A stretch of 64,000 nt of DNA from Haplodiscus bocki (GCA_965655095.1 OZ296651.1:66402001-66466000); one strand, 5' to 3'. Shown: positions 51,001 through 64,000, counted from the first letter of the stretch. Numbers and translations are program-made. The notes: generated by a model from the sequence alone, not told the origin.

Positions 51001-52147
51001 TGGTGCTGGGGAAAGTGGGCAGTTTCTACCTGCTGCACGAAATCCGGAACGAAGCCCGGAAGTTTTCGGGGGAACTAACGAGCACCGTATTGTCCACTGT
51101 TGCAGCTTGATCAAAAGTTGGGCAAGGGCGGACCTGTTTTTGTCCAGAAGCTGTTTTTCGGGCGGAAGACTATGCCTCTTATCTTTTTTTCGGTCAGCTT
51201 TTGGATGGCTTGATGGAGTTGGGTTGGGTTCATGGCTCAACCGTAAAGGCCGGTAAGGCTGAATACCAGTCTTTTATGCAGGATCAGAGAAAGTTGGAGC
51301 GCATTTCCACGAGGAATCACCTGGATGTAGGGAACATTGTCTCTTCTTGGTCCTCACAATCTGGATTTCGAGCTCTTTGTCACTTTACCAGGTAGGTAAA
51401 ATCTAATGCTGATTCCATGATCAATAGTTCGTTTCGATGAATTCCGTCTTTTGTTCAGGGCTTTCAGTTGACAACACTCGTTGTCAAAGATGCAAGTAGC
51501 TATTCTGCATCAATTTGGATGGTGTGGCCCTTAGTTGTGAGACAGTTGAAAGGGTCTTTACCTATGTTCAACATTTTATACGAGATACTATATTTACGCA
51601 GAAAAGTTACTTCTCCGACTGTGGCATGGCGATGGTAAGAGAGGCTGTAGCTGTTGCTGACAGTGTCATTGTGAGTGAGGAGCTCAATCCATGGTCTGTG
51701 TTTGGGGATGTGTGCAACCATCAGGTTGCATCCGATTTGCAATCATGCCTGAAGAAGGTTGTGATCCGGCGGAAAACTTCCCGAGACACGAGTGAGCGTT
51801 GGTTCGGTTCGCAGTGTGCTGGTTCCGCATCAACAAAAGCATCTGTTGGACGTAGTGGCGTCCGAATTTTGAATGTTGTGGAGGAGAGACGGTTGGAGTA
51901 CGTTGTTGTTGCTGAACCCACTGCTGATTTGTCGCACTCTGCAAAGAGTCCTGTAATCGGTAGGAAGAGGAAGGCATCTTTATCGTCTGGACCCAAGTCT
52001 CGTAATTGCTCCGAAGTTGTCAATCCTGTCAGCTATCCCCGTAAGTCCGATGGTGCTGTACTTGATCGTGAGGCTTCTGGGTCTCGTCGTAGGTGTGGAC
52101 GTGATCGTCGAGCAGCCCCGCTTTTTCAGTTTGGGAAGAAGAAATAA
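48023..52147 (+). pseudogene. Antisense, apparently spliced cargo gene(s) with BED-like zinc finger and hAT-transposase-like region
   Basis: FNCQLCRRDVSV...KH zinc finger at ~49290-49380; candidate introns 49720-49813 (GT...TTTCCAG) and 51392-51458 (GTAGGT...TTGTTCAG); GTAAGT donors at 48249 and 50582; basic tail ...FGKKK*. Confidence 0.55.
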
Positions 52148-52429
52148 ACTTGAATTAACTGTGACTTCGCTTCATATGAAGCCGGCCTCTGTTTAGAAAT
52201 AATTTTAGCCTTAAAAGCCGTGTTTTTGAAGTCAGCAGGACTGAGAGTGACGATCATTTTATTAGGTTGTTAAGGATTTTTCAGAATTAATCGCTCTGTA
52301 TCGTTTCGGAAGCACGCTCCTAGGCTTGCCCGGACCGGAACGTGAATGTGTTTCGTAGTGAAAGCTATGATGAATTGGAACATCACTGATACTGTGTTAG
52401 GCGAACAGTATCTGTACTCGTTGTTGCAG

Positions 52430-53950
52430 TTAGGCTTCGAATTTCAACGCAGATCGTATTTTTTTAGCTGCGGTTGTTGGCAGGGATGGGGTTAGGTTCT
52501 TCTAGGCTCTTTTTTGCATTAAATTCTGTGTAGGGATACGTATCCGATCCGTCACCTATCCGTCTGTTGAGGAGAAAAACTCTGGGGAACTTTCTCGTTC
52601 TGCTCCTGGTGTGATACACGTTTTAGCATGGGTATGGTCGGATTCTACTACCACTTTGCGTGGGATAGGTGGGCTTAGTTCGTTTTGATCATCGTCAAAA
52701 ATAGGCTTTTCAGACTCAAACTCCCATGCTCTGGCGTACAAATCATCACGTTTAGTGACGACTTCAGGGTCAGGTTTCCTTTCTTGTGATGTGGTTTGTA
52801 CGTTGGGTGTGGGTTGTCGTGTGAACGATCGATCGTAGTCTAACGCCATGAAGGACTGGCCTTTTATCCCATCCATTTTCGGGTACCAAGTAACTAATGT
52901 GTAGTGGAGGTTTCTCAACAATATAGGGCCCAATCCATCGGTTGTCTGTGATAGAAAATTTATTGCCTTGGTGGTCTGCTTTAGGTTGTAGCACATAGAC
53001 GTAGTTGCGTTGTTTAAGTTTTGAAGCATTTGCTTTTTTCATCTTCGTAAGCTTTGTGTTTGATGTGGGCTTGTATTGCATTTCTGTGTATATCTTGGAG
53101 TATCATTTCCATCTGGTGAAGGACGTCTTGGGCAATTTGGGAATTAGGAGTAGATGGTTTCATTGGACGAAAGCCCATTTTCAAGTTAACAATTTTGTAC
53201 CGATCACGTCCGTGGAACACTCGACTAGGTTCGCACAAATGCTTGGGTGGTAGGACGTGTATTAGTTTAAAACTTCAATGTTGACTTACTTGTGCTACAT
53301 TGATCGTCGTTAGCCAGTTTTCATTTTGAGATTTCTTAGGGAAGCGTGTATCATTTCAAGCATGCTAATTGTCTGTGTTTGTTTGGTTGTGGCATCTTCT
53401 TGGCTGAAGCCTACGTAGTCTGCTGGTTGTTTGATCACTTGGGACACGAATGTTGATCTCTTGTCGGAAATGATCGTCGTCGGCAAGCATGCGTGTTTCA
53501 TCATGTTGTTGATTAAGACTCCGGCAACTGCTTGAGCATCTTGTTTTGTGGTAGGGTAAGCAATCAGATATCTTGAAAACACATCCTCAGCAGTTACGAT
53601 GTTTTGATTGCCGCCAGACGGAGGTAGTTCTGGAACCAGGTCAATTTGCATGGCATCTTCGGGTCCTGTGATGTGTTCACCAAGCTTTGCAGGGTTGGGT
53701 GGGTGAGTTTGTCATAGATTCGTGGTTTTTTGATGCATTGCCCCCATGATTTGACGCACTTCCTGATTAGCTGTGCCATGTTTGGGTAGCAGTCTTCTCC
53801 CTGTAAGCGTTTGCTGTCTTGGTAATCGCACGGTGTTTTCGAAATTCTCCGTGCAAACTTCGGAGTATCTCATCAACTAAGTGCTGTATTATGAGAATTT
53901 GGTTTTATTTGACGTTACCAGTTTTCGCGTAGTTTTTCCGGAACAAAAGG
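52430..53950 (-). pseudogene. Gypsy integrase and C-terminal extension
   Basis: MQIDLVPELPPSGG...DVFSRYLIAYP...IISDKRSTFVS; WIGPYIVEK. Confidence 0.88.
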
Positions 53951-54226
53951 TCATCATTGAGTATTATGCGATCCTCGTTTGTTTTATAGAGCTTGTATTT
54001 TCTGTCTGATGTCAGTAGCACTTCATCATGGGGTTGGCCTAGAAATTTCAGTTCCATGTTCTTCCAGACTAGATCAACATCTTGCTCTACTCGTATTCGC
54101 GCATTTGCTTTGATTGCACGCAGGGAATACGACGTAGTGTTTCCGTCGTTCTTTTTAAATTCTTTCACACCAGTTCGCGATGTGGTTGGTTTCTTGTTCG
54201 TTGTTTGCTACGAACTCCATTGCGTC

Positions 54227-54922
54227 TTACCTAGATTGTTCTTTCCGTTGAATGTTTTGTTCTTCTGACCCAGTCTCATTTTCTGCTCGGGTGAAGAAGA
54301 ACTGTTCTTCATCAGCCACATCCGAAGAGGATGTTGTCACCTCAATGGGTGTTGTCCGAAAGTCTTCCCGGACTTTGAGACGTATCTTCTCCGTAACTTT
54401 TAATTCAAGTCCGGAGAGAACGTCTGCTGCGGTGTTGATTGATCCCACAATGTGAGCTTCTTTGAACTTAAGTTGCAATACGAAGTCACATGCACTCCAC
54501 AGTGCTGGTGGACTTGCATTCGTTCGGAAAAATTGCTCGACTGATTTGTTGTCTGTCAAAATGATTGTCAGTTTTGTTGCTTCCCACAAAATGTCTGCAA
54601 ACTGTAGGAACGCCATGTAGGTTTGCAAAAAACGTTTTGAGTTGATGGACATTTTTAGTTGCGCTGGGGAGGAGATTTTTGATCGGAACGTCACGGGTGC
54701 GTGCGTTTTCCGCTTTGATTGAATTTTTTGATCAGGGTTATCTTCGATCATGAGAGCATAACCAGCGCTTCTGAAGCTTGCGTCAGTCATCACGACAAGT
54801 TGTTTTTCTGGAATGGGTTGTTTCAGTGCTAATTCAGAAACATCACTAGGCACTAATTTGGCTGAAGCAAAGGTTTCCTTCAATTCTAACGTAAGGTTGA
54901 TTGGCACTTCAGCTTGAAGCAA
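54227..54922 (-). pseudogene. Gypsy RNase H
   Basis: VMTDASF, ILTDNKS, NTAADVLS. Confidence 0.88.
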
Positions 54923-54929
54923 TTTTTAG

Positions 54930-55800
54930 AATGGTTTAAGTTTTTCAGCCACTCTGGCAAAAATTTTTTCTGTAATAGTTCACGAATCCCAGGTATCGCT
55001 GTAGGGCCGTTTTTGATTCGTGGAATCTAAGTTTGTCTAAAAAATTGTGGATTTTCCGAGGTTCTGGTGGAGATCTTTCTGGTAAAAACGTTTTTCCTAG
55101 GAATTCAAACTTTCTGACTCCGGAATGGTTTTTTTCGATCGTCAGTTTCAGTCCTGTTTGAAGAAGGCACTTGAGGACTGCCTAAATATTACGGGTAAGG
55201 TCCGTATCATTGTTGCCTGCATTTCCAATGCCGTCCACGTACTGAACACATTGGTCAGCTTTCAAAAATGGGTCCAAATACTCTCGCATGAAACTGGTAA
55301 AGGCAGACAGAGATCTGCTGAGATCATTTGCAAGTGTTTTGTAGGCAAAAATTCTGATAGCAAAATTGAATGCAAGCGTTTCCATTGACCGTTGATCCGC
55401 CATCTGGAAACAGTGATAGGCCTGAGAGCAGTCTAGTTTGCAGAATAGAGAATTCCCTGCCAAGTGTTGTGCTGCGTATGACAAGGTGCTACCTGGATGA
55501 TTGTTGTCGGTACAGTCATCTGCAATCAAACTGTTCATCTAACCGAGATCCACAAGAAGACGTAGGTTTCCGTTAGCTAGCCTCTGTGCCAATATGGGAC
55601 TTCCGTATTTGGAGAGAGGCAGTACCGTGATGATTGCATATTTGTGCATCAGAACAGTTTCATCAATTAGGTCTTCTTTTAAAAGGATTGGGATTGGCTG
55701 AATTTGGCTGTTTACAGCTTTATCGTCTTTCCGAGTTAGTATCACCTTAAATTCTTTGTTCATCCCAATGTCCATCCTGATTCTGGCAACAATGTCATGA
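54930..55800 (-). pseudogene. Gypsy reverse transcriptase
   Basis: GSPILAQ...LRLLVDL; KLDCSQAYH; QYVDG (YVDD). Confidence 0.9.
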
Positions 55801-56012
55801 TAATCGACCAGGACATCCTCAATTGCTTGTTTCTCTGTTTCTGTTAGAAGTTTGTCAGTCCAATAAATTTGTTTGAGGAAATTGTTTCGGGTTTCTGTGC
55901 TCTCTTGTGGATTGAGTTTTCCTTTCCTTTTGAGTTCAAATAGTTCTCTGAGGACTTGTGTCTGTATTGGGTTATGATTCTCGGGTTGTCCAGGATTTTC
56001 AAGTGTCGGGAA

Positions 56013-56790
56013 TCAGAATGTGTTGGTTTGTTGCTCGGGTTTCTTCGTTCTCAGAAGTTCGTTTAGGTAGACAGTCATGTCAGGATCACATTGCGCAATC
56101 ATACGGAGGATTGCCATATCTATTGGATTGATGTACATGGGTTGCTGCGGAGTGACTACGGAGATTTCTGCAATCTGTGAATTCTCTCTGATTAGATATG
56201 GTGATTCGGTTGTGTTGGTTACCCTGACTGCTACTCTCTTGGCAATTATTGTCGACATTGAATGGGAAATCAGCACACTTGCTGTTTCCGTAAACTTCTC
56301 CAGGGGTGTCACAGTCCCTGCTGTGTTCCATTCTGACGGATGGTCAACAAAGGCTTTGATTGTTTCTGTTGTCCTTAGTGATTTTGTCAGGGTGTCGTGA
56401 GCGAGGAGAACCTGAGGTTTTGTACACATTTTTGAGGCATTTTTGACATGCAACATCAAGTGTGGGAAATGTATGAGGCCTTGTCTTGTGTCAATGACTA
56501 CACTGGTATTCCTCATAAAGTGCAAACCTACGATTTACCCTGTCAGTTTCATCGATACAACGAAATGTTCAGCAAAGGTGTTACCTCCAATGTCAAATTC
56601 AAGTGTGACTGTTGCCGACGGTTTTTCTGACTGTCCAGTTGCTACTTGTATTTGAAAATTGGGAGGGTCGTCGATTATGAAGATGTTGCTCGGGGTTTGT
56701 TGTTTTATCGTGTCCAATTCGTTCTCGGCAGTTGCAGTGCCATAAGCTCCTGAATCTACCAAAGCATCTTATGTTAGGTTATTGTCCGAA
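56013..56790 (-). pseudogene. Aspartic protease and following spacer domain
   Basis: ALVDSGA; FQIQVATGQ; GLHFMR; VAVRVTNTT. Confidence 0.85.
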
Positions 56791-57399
56791 TCAGCAAGCA
56801 CGTTTAGTATTTGTTGATTGCGTTTGAAGGCTATTGTAGAAATTAACGGGAGATGCAAATCGATGTTCTGTTCATCTTCCACCAACCTTTCTTCAATGTA
56901 TGCGATTGTTATTTTGAGATGGGGAATACTGCTATCTCCGTCAGGCGTAGTCTTTATAAGCTTTCTTGAGTCCTGGATGTCGGTAGGGCAACTATTCGAA
57001 CTGTTTAGGACCGGTACTTGTTCGTACCCGGATTTCGTTGGAATTGTTAAGCGTCCGTTTCCGAGTTTAGGAGTTGGAAACCCTTCGGTGGCGACGTTTG
57101 ACTCGCTACAACAGTTATTTGTTTATTGTCAAGTTCTTGAGTTGTTCAGTTAATGCTCGTTGCAGAGTTGTTATGACTGTTTTTTAGCTTGTGGTGATTG
57201 ACAGGTGTTTCCGGATGTTGCTGCCAGACAACTTGAGTAATTGGTAACAATCTTGTTGTTTTTGTGGTCTCTGGTCTTTCACAAGCAATTCTGGAGTGAA
57301 AGTTGAAGGCGTGGCGCTATTAGTTTAAGGCTTAGGCCTCAGCCTGGACGCTTTCAATTGTATTGATCTGTGTGCCTTTTAGTTGATTTTGATTTTGTT

Positions 57400-58915
57400 C
57401 CATCGGTTTTATGTTCCAGAGAAGCGGTCTGTTTGCTGCGTTGGCTTCAAATAGCATTTTTCTTTGGAGTGGGTCATTTTACCACATGTCTCAGAGGGTG
57501 GGTGGACAGTTCTTGGTTGGCTGTCATTTCGATTGTTTGCATTTTTGGCAATGCAATTACTGGTGTTTTTGTTGTTGTGGGGGTTTGAGTGTGTTTGACC
57601 ACGGTTATTGAAACTTCTATTTTTGATACCGGCACTATTTTTGTTGGTGTCAGTTTGGTTTTCTCTTTCTTGAGTTGACGACACTGGTTTCGGTAGTAGC
57701 CTGGCTTTCGGCATTGATGACATGTCGGTATGGAATCTCAGAAATTCGTTTGGTGGCCTGTTGCGTCACAGTGTTCATTTGCATTTCGTCTGGAGCTTTC
57801 AGACCGTTTAGCTCTAACTCCCTTTCAAGGTGCGACACACTCTGTTCATAGAAGCCAATCTCCAAATGAATCTGGTTAACCAATTTTTTGACGTGGAAGG
57901 GCTTTTTGGTGAATATGAATTGTTCAACAATCGCCTGGGCAGGAACTGCGAATGCGTCTTCTGCTAGTTTATGAAGTTCGTCCAGAAAAACAATTAACTT
58001 CTGGTTCGCTGGATTGAAAACTGAGATTCGTGTTTCGTCGCAGCCATTGACTGGGGTTTTACGTTTGTTGTACGGAACATATTCAGAAATTCGGCCAACT
58101 TCTCTCTGCTGGGGCTGCTAATTTTTTTGAATGTCCACAGGGCATCACCATGCATGAGAGGGAGAAAATAGTGTCATTTGTCGTCTTCCGTGAGTTGATT
58201 GTGACTTTTCAGACTTGTTTGGAAAAAATCTTCAAACAATTCAAACTTTTTTGATTTCCAATCAATTATTGGCAATGTTGTCTTGAAGGATTTTGGCAAT
58301 TTTGAGATTCTGTTAGTGTTGTTATTGAAACTGGAAGAATTGCTGTGAGTTGCCAATTGTTGAAGAGTCATCAAAAGCTGGTTTGGTTCAATTGTCGCAG
58401 GGATGTTCTCAATGCGACATTGTGGCTGACTTGAGGAGCGCGCCTTCTTTTGATTACCTCAAGAAGTCCCAGGGGAGCAAAAGGAATCTCTTCTTGAACT
58501 CTTGTCGCTATGTGAGAGGTCTCGTTTGCATCTGAGTCAGTTAGGTTGCTGGCACGACAGACAGGCAGCTCCATTTCAGGATGGCGACCTTTCATGGAAC
58601 GATCTCCGCTTGGTTCCTGGTTTTCTACGTCAACCTGCCGGCATGTTCGCGGAGCAGTTCCGGAGAAGTTCCTACTCGTGGGTTCAAGGGAATTTGGTTC
58701 AATTTGGACAGAAAACTCAAGATGCGAGGCTCTGTCTCGCTGAAATCTCGGGACAGTTTTTTAGTCAATCCACCCTCAATCGCTTCAAAAACTTGCTTTA
58801 TATGCTCTTCAGTGATTACAGGAGCAGATGTGTTTTGCGACTGGCTGTTCCTAGGATACTCTTGTGTTTCCTTCCAGACAGCTGCCAAATTTCACCTATT
58901 TCTCAATTTTACCAT
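57400..58915 (-). pseudogene. gag: gag (starts inside the 5' LTR)
   Basis: LPIIDWKSKKFELFEDFFQTSLK capsid-like segment; degenerate knuckle PPSETCGKMTHSKEKC. Confidence 0.75.
58501..58510 (-). promoter_or_regulatory. Putative primer-binding site (degenerate TGGCGAC/TGGTGAC type)
   Basis: Minus strand reads ...CTCACA|TAGCGACAAG exactly where homology to the other LTR ends. Confidence 0.5.
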
Positions 58916-59990
58916 CTTCAAGAAAAGTGTTCAAAGGTGGTAAAGACTGAGGTTTTTGTGTCTTTGACAAAATTTTCGTGTACAACGAAAACATAGTTAA
59001 TCCTTTGACGAGGAAAAATATTCCAATCAATAACATTTACTCGAGTCGAACAAAAATAATTCAATGTAGTTTTTACATAGTTAAACAATTTTATTATTAA
59101 TAATGTTTTCGTTTCCTCAATATATTCCTTTTCCTTGGCGGAAAACAAAATTCTTCACTCGCCAAATCAAGGTGCAAATAGGGAAAAGTACTTTAACCGT
59201 ATCAACTATAAAAACAAAAAGTTCCGACCCCGAAGGAAAAAAATTACAATTTTCCATCCTTTTCTCCACTCACAGGTTGCGCATTTCCCTTTTTCGACGG
59301 AAAATGTAGGAGACTAATCCCTCAGAAATGGACGCCAAAAGGGTTCATTCTCGCACCAACACAATAACTATTAAAACAAAAAAAAGATCAAACGTTTTCC
59401 CAAAATATGAAATAAGTGATAAGTTCATCAGATAAATTGAAAATTGCACGGATTTCATGGTTTCATGTTAAAATGTACATCTGGTATTACTGTGCATCGT
59501 TTAGAGAGATTCATAGTGCTCCGTTCCTCATTCCGACTTGGCCGTTTCGGAACAGTTCTGTAATCTCTTGTAGCACTGCTTGTGCCAGCGCTGCTATTGG
59601 AGTGAGAATGATTGATTACGGAACTTTTTCGTATTTGACTAGAAACGGCACAACGTAAAAGCGCAGATCGGAATGAAGTTCAAATCAAGTCATCAGATTG
59701 GCAACGACGGAGTACGTAAGGAACCAAAAATCAATTTTGAAGTCACCCTCTAAATTTGCCGTTGTTATTCAGGCAAGTTTTTTGAAATTGACATTTTCAC
59801 TCACAATTACTGCACTAATTTCCTGAACAGGTGGGTTTCTTTTGATAAGTACACAAATTAGCTACAAATATAGCACCTCTCAAAAAACATAAATAGATAC
59901 GTAAAGTCAAGCATTTATTCGTTTTCTTCCGTACCGGTTCCGTCCCAATCTGGGTCAGTACACCGGAATCAATACGTAAAGGGTACGTAT
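58511..59990 (-). repeat. 5' LTR
   Basis: Direct repeat of 45682-47150. Confidence 0.75.
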
Positions 59991-60439
59991 TGTTCATATG
60001 TAATTTTTGAGGGCAGTACTACGTAGCTGCTGCATATCAAATTTTTGAAACGCTACAGAGATACTTGGTGAACAGTACGTAATAATTCCATGAGAACATT
60101 TTGAAAGAGTGATACCGGCATATACGTATCATTTAAATAGAAGTAATTTTCAAAAACATTTATGTTTTTTGAGTCTCAATTTACTTTGTAGAAGGATTTG
60201 GGATGTCCGTTTCCACCGGAAGGACTTGCCGGCATGCCTCGATGACATGCTGTGACAGTAACCCTTAGTCCTCCAAGACCATCAGTTAAAATGATTTATA
60301 TACCAGGAACCCCTACGTCTGCCGGACTTTTTTGATTTTCTGCTAATAGTTCGTCAACACCTTCAGTAGATTTTTGCTTCCCAAAAAACTTATCAACAGT
60401 CATCGTTACATTGACAACTGTATGTTAATTTTCCATGCT

Positions 60440-63400
60440 TTGATATCTACACCGACTTCTGTTTGATGTCTGATGAAAAACGTTGACCTCCATTCAATAT
60501 TACATCATTTCCATTTTCCTCTATGAGACTTTTGTTAAAATTTCATGTTACTCAGAAAAATAATGTTTCGACAAAATTTTTGAAATACTAAAATCAAGAC
60601 GATATTTTCCGGAGCGTCTAGAGATATGAAGTGCCAAAAAGCTATATTTAACATATGGTTTTTGAGCAGTTTTGGATACTCGTGTACTAGGGCCTCCCAA
60701 CAACCATTTTTTTAGAGCATGTGGAGAAAAATCTTCACAAAAGCTCTGTTAATGCTTTTTTTCAAAAGTTCAACATGTCTCGAATTTCGGCCTGTTTTTC
60801 TGTCCACCGACTCTGAGATTGATTTTGTTTTGTCTAGGATGAAGTTTTCGTCTATATTCGATGGAGTGAATTCAAATATCTCCGTCCTCAAAAAACAAAA
60901 ATTCCACAAAACAATTAGCAGGTACTTGATCGTGAATACGTTTACGACAAAAGATTATACAAAAACTGAAAACATTTTTTTGTTTGAAAAAGTAATCACT
61001 TTTTGATTTGCGCTCCTCTTTGTCAGTTTCTTCAGCAAAAAATTTGGTTTTGCGCCAGCCGTTTGTTCTGCAGATAAGGGCTGAATTTTTTTTTTCGAAG
61101 TTTCTGCCCAACTCGAGAGAGATTAACGTTAAATTTAGTAACTTGCACAAGACAAAATTCGAATAATTTTCCTAAGTGTTAATCGGAACAGACAGTTTTT
61201 TCTTGCTCAGTTTTTCTTTGACTGATCACATTAGTCGCGGGAACCGAGCCTAGTGCATGAAAACATTTTTCGTCATGGAAGGCAATCCAGTGTGCTCTTT
61301 TAGTTTGATATATATGAGGTATTCTCAACCAAGATGAAATACATGATCGCGGTTGAATCTTTCTGTATTCAGTGCTAGATTACTTAGCACTTTTTGTGTC
61401 TTTGTGTCAGAAGTTGCTTGAGTTTTTAAATTCTGTGTCGGTAAACTGCTTTGATAATTATATCACAATCGCATTACTCATTGAATAGTGTTTTTCACCA
61501 AAGCATTCCCTAGAAAAATCGACTGTATAGCAGATGGACCAGTTGCTGCTTAAGTTATGGGAATCCTCTTTGCTAGGAGACTAGATGAATCAGTAACAGA
61601 TTCTAACATTCGTGAGGGATTTCTGACGCGTTCTGATTTATATCCATTTCAGTTTTGAGAAAAAATTTTCCTCGAGCTTTGGCAAAATGTCCGAGACAAT
61701 CAACTTCCTCTATGTTAAGTGAAACCATCACATTTTTTGTCCATTCAAAATAGCTGCACAATTTCCGGCTTCTTTGACGTGTTTCCTTGTCTTCTGACTC
61801 TAAGAATAGAAATTGTTCATTGGAATGTACTGGATTATAATCTTCACACTAAACTTAGAATAACACCCGATTCAGTTTGTCTATAATTTTTTTCGAGAAA
61901 AGCTGCAATTTCATCTGTTTTCTTACTGCGAGTTTGAAATTAATTTCGAGGGCAAGAAGTTTTTTCACAAGAAATCCAAAAACAATCAGTCGATCAAAGT
62001 ATTTTTTTTTATTGGAAGTTCATCCATTTCTGATTACTTTTCACTGGTTTGTGTTGCCATCACAAAAAAACGGTTAATGATGCACAGAACCTCTTTTTCT
62101 TGAAAAAAAGTAACTAATTTTGCCAAGACGTGTTGTTGAAAAACTCTTCATTACTTTTTTCATGTGCTGTAGTTTTCGTAACCCCCAGACCTCAAAAAAA
62201 AAATCAGATAAAATGCTATACACACCAGAATCAGTTACGTCTGCTAAAATTTTTTGTTTGTATCCCAATACTTCTTCAACACCTTGCGTATATCTTTGAA
62301 TTCCTGAAAACCTATCAACTGTCATCCTTACATTGACGACTTTTGTTACTTTTTCCTTGCTTTGAATATTTTACCGACTTTCGATTGTAAGATCTGATGA
62401 AAAATGTTCACCTTTATGCAATATCACATGATTTCCATTTTCTTCTATGAGATCTTTATCAAAAATTTCAAAGAACTCCGAGAAACAAAAAATTGACAGA
62501 ACTTTTGAATTACTAAAATCCGGACAAAATTTTTCAGAATGGTTACAGATATGAATTGTCAAAAATCTTTATTTAACAATTGTTTTTATTAAAGTTTTGG
62601 ATACTTGTATAATAGGGCCTACTAACAACCATAGTTGTAGAGCATACTGTGGAATATCCTTACAGAAGCTCTCTTTAGGCGTTTTTTAGGAAGTTTAATT
62701 TGTCTTGAATTGCCTGTTTTTCTGTTCACCGACTCTTAGATTGTATTTGCTTTCTCTGAGATGAGGTTTTTGTCTTTTTTCGCTGGAGTGAATTCGAATA
62801 ATTCCGTCTTCACAAAAACAATATTCCACAAAACAAATAGCAGGCACTTGATCAAGATTACGTTTACGACAAATGATCATTCAAAAACTGAACATATGTT
62901 TTTGTTTGGAAAAATATTCAGTTTTTAGTTTGCGCTCTTCTTTGTCAGTTTTTTTGCATCAAAAAAAATCAATTTTCCGGAAGGTATTTGGTCTGTAGAT
63001 TAGGGAGGAAAAACTGTTTTCGAAGTCCTTTCTCAATTGGAGACGCAATAACGGTATAGTCAGTGACTTGCACACGACGACTCAAAATTTTAAACCGGTT
63101 GTCGTTTTTCTTGCTCTTTTTTTCTTTGATTGATCATATCAGTCGCGGGAACAGAGCCGAGTGCATCAAAACAGTTTTTGTCAAAAAAACAACCCAGTGT
63201 GCTCCTTCAGTTTAATACAGATGAGGTATTGTCAACCAGGAGTCGAATTCACGATCGCGGTTATATCTTTGTGTACTCAGTGCTAAATTACATAATACAT
63301 CTTGTGTCTTTATGTCAGACGTTGCTTGGATATTTGATTTGTCTGTCGGGAAAATGATGTGGAGGTTACATAACAATGGCGTTACTCGCTGAATAGTGTT

Positions 63401-63710
63401 TTTTACCAAAGCATTCTCTTCAAAAATTGACTCAATAGCAGAAGGACCAGTTGCTGCTTCAGTTCTGGGAAACCTAGTTGCTAGAAAATTTGGTATATCA
63501 ATTGCAAGTTCTAAGACTGCAGAGGGTTTTTGACAATTTTTGATTAAAATCCCTAATAATTTTCATCAGTAAATTTTCCTGGAGCTTTCAAAAAATGTCC
63601 AAGACCTTCAACTTACTTTGTGTTATGTGAAGCTGTCACGGTTTTCTTTTTCAAGGTTGCCACGCAATCCACAGTTCCTGTTGATGTGATTCCTTGTCTT
63701 TTGATTTTGA
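60440..63710 (-). pseudogene. Tandemly duplicated (~1.9-kb period) relic of a different Polinton-like family (adenain protease, possibly ATPase)
   Basis: Units ~60440-61800 and ~62370-63710 align by eye; minus-strand TEGAHWVVF.DKNCFDALGSVP...SSCASH (63050-63350) and RAHWIAFHDEKCFHALGSVP (61130-61440). Confidence 0.5.
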
Positions 63711-64000
63711 GATACATGTGTTTGTGCACCTGTGGCTCTTCAAGTCTTTTTGCCAATTTTAACAATTAGTTGCGTTTGCTTTTTTGAAAGTTACTCGCCT
63801 AAATGCAGAAATTAATAGTTGAAGAGGAAAGGAAAAATTGAATGAATCTTTGATTAGTTAAAAAAGGAAAGGAAAAAAGGTTGAATTTTCTATTAATGGA
63901 AGACAAAAACCACACTGACCAACTTGCAAGTACAAGCAAGCATTGTTGGTGACAGTTCCCCATCGGTATCAAGTTATTGGCAAGACAGTTCCTTCCGGAG

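Larger units (their letters stand above)
45682..59990 (-). mobile_element. Old Ty3/gypsy LTR retrotransposon (~14.3 kb) with antisense cargo region
   Basis: Direct repeats 45682-47150 and 58511-59990, both ending ...CTCACA on the minus strand; PBS-like TAGCGACAAG follows only the right-hand copy; gag-PR-RT-RH-INT order. No clear TSD. Confidence 0.85.

Noticed and set aside
59971-59991. Hairpin AATACGTA-AAGGG-TACGTATT as a self-priming site
   Set aside because: It lies at the outer end of the 5' LTR and is not conserved in the other LTR.

Overview
AT-rich eukaryotic (animal-like) DNA that is almost entirely nested, decaying mobile elements; no host gene could be supported. Main components: (1) a near-complete 16.25-kb Polinton/Maverick (adintovirus-like) element at 9610-25861, with AGTAGT...ACTACT ends, ~800-bp TIRs and a 6-bp TSD. 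It carries pPolB, ATPase, integrase, penton, pVII-like, major capsid and adenain genes. Its accessory block includes a secreted EGF-like ligand pseudogene, PC4-like, PLA2-like and DEDD-like genes, two perfect heat-shock elements and a duplicated CArG/E-box module. It is inserted in a Helentron-type non-autonomous element. (2) A full-length Ingi/I-group non-LTR retrotransposon at 28836-33513, with a 13-bp TSD, a 5' HDV-like ribozyme, a 2A peptide, 4 PHD fingers, APE, RT, RNase H and CCHC. (3) An old 14.3-kb Ty3/gypsy LTR element at 45682-59990 (minus strand) with ~1.47-kb LTRs that contain the gag start, plus an antisense, apparently intron-containing, hAT-transposase-like cargo gene. It abuts a second Polinton relic. 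(4) A foldback MULE-type MITE, older gypsy relics and a tandemly duplicated relic of a different Polinton-like family. All protein calls are from motif recognition by eye; no searches were run.
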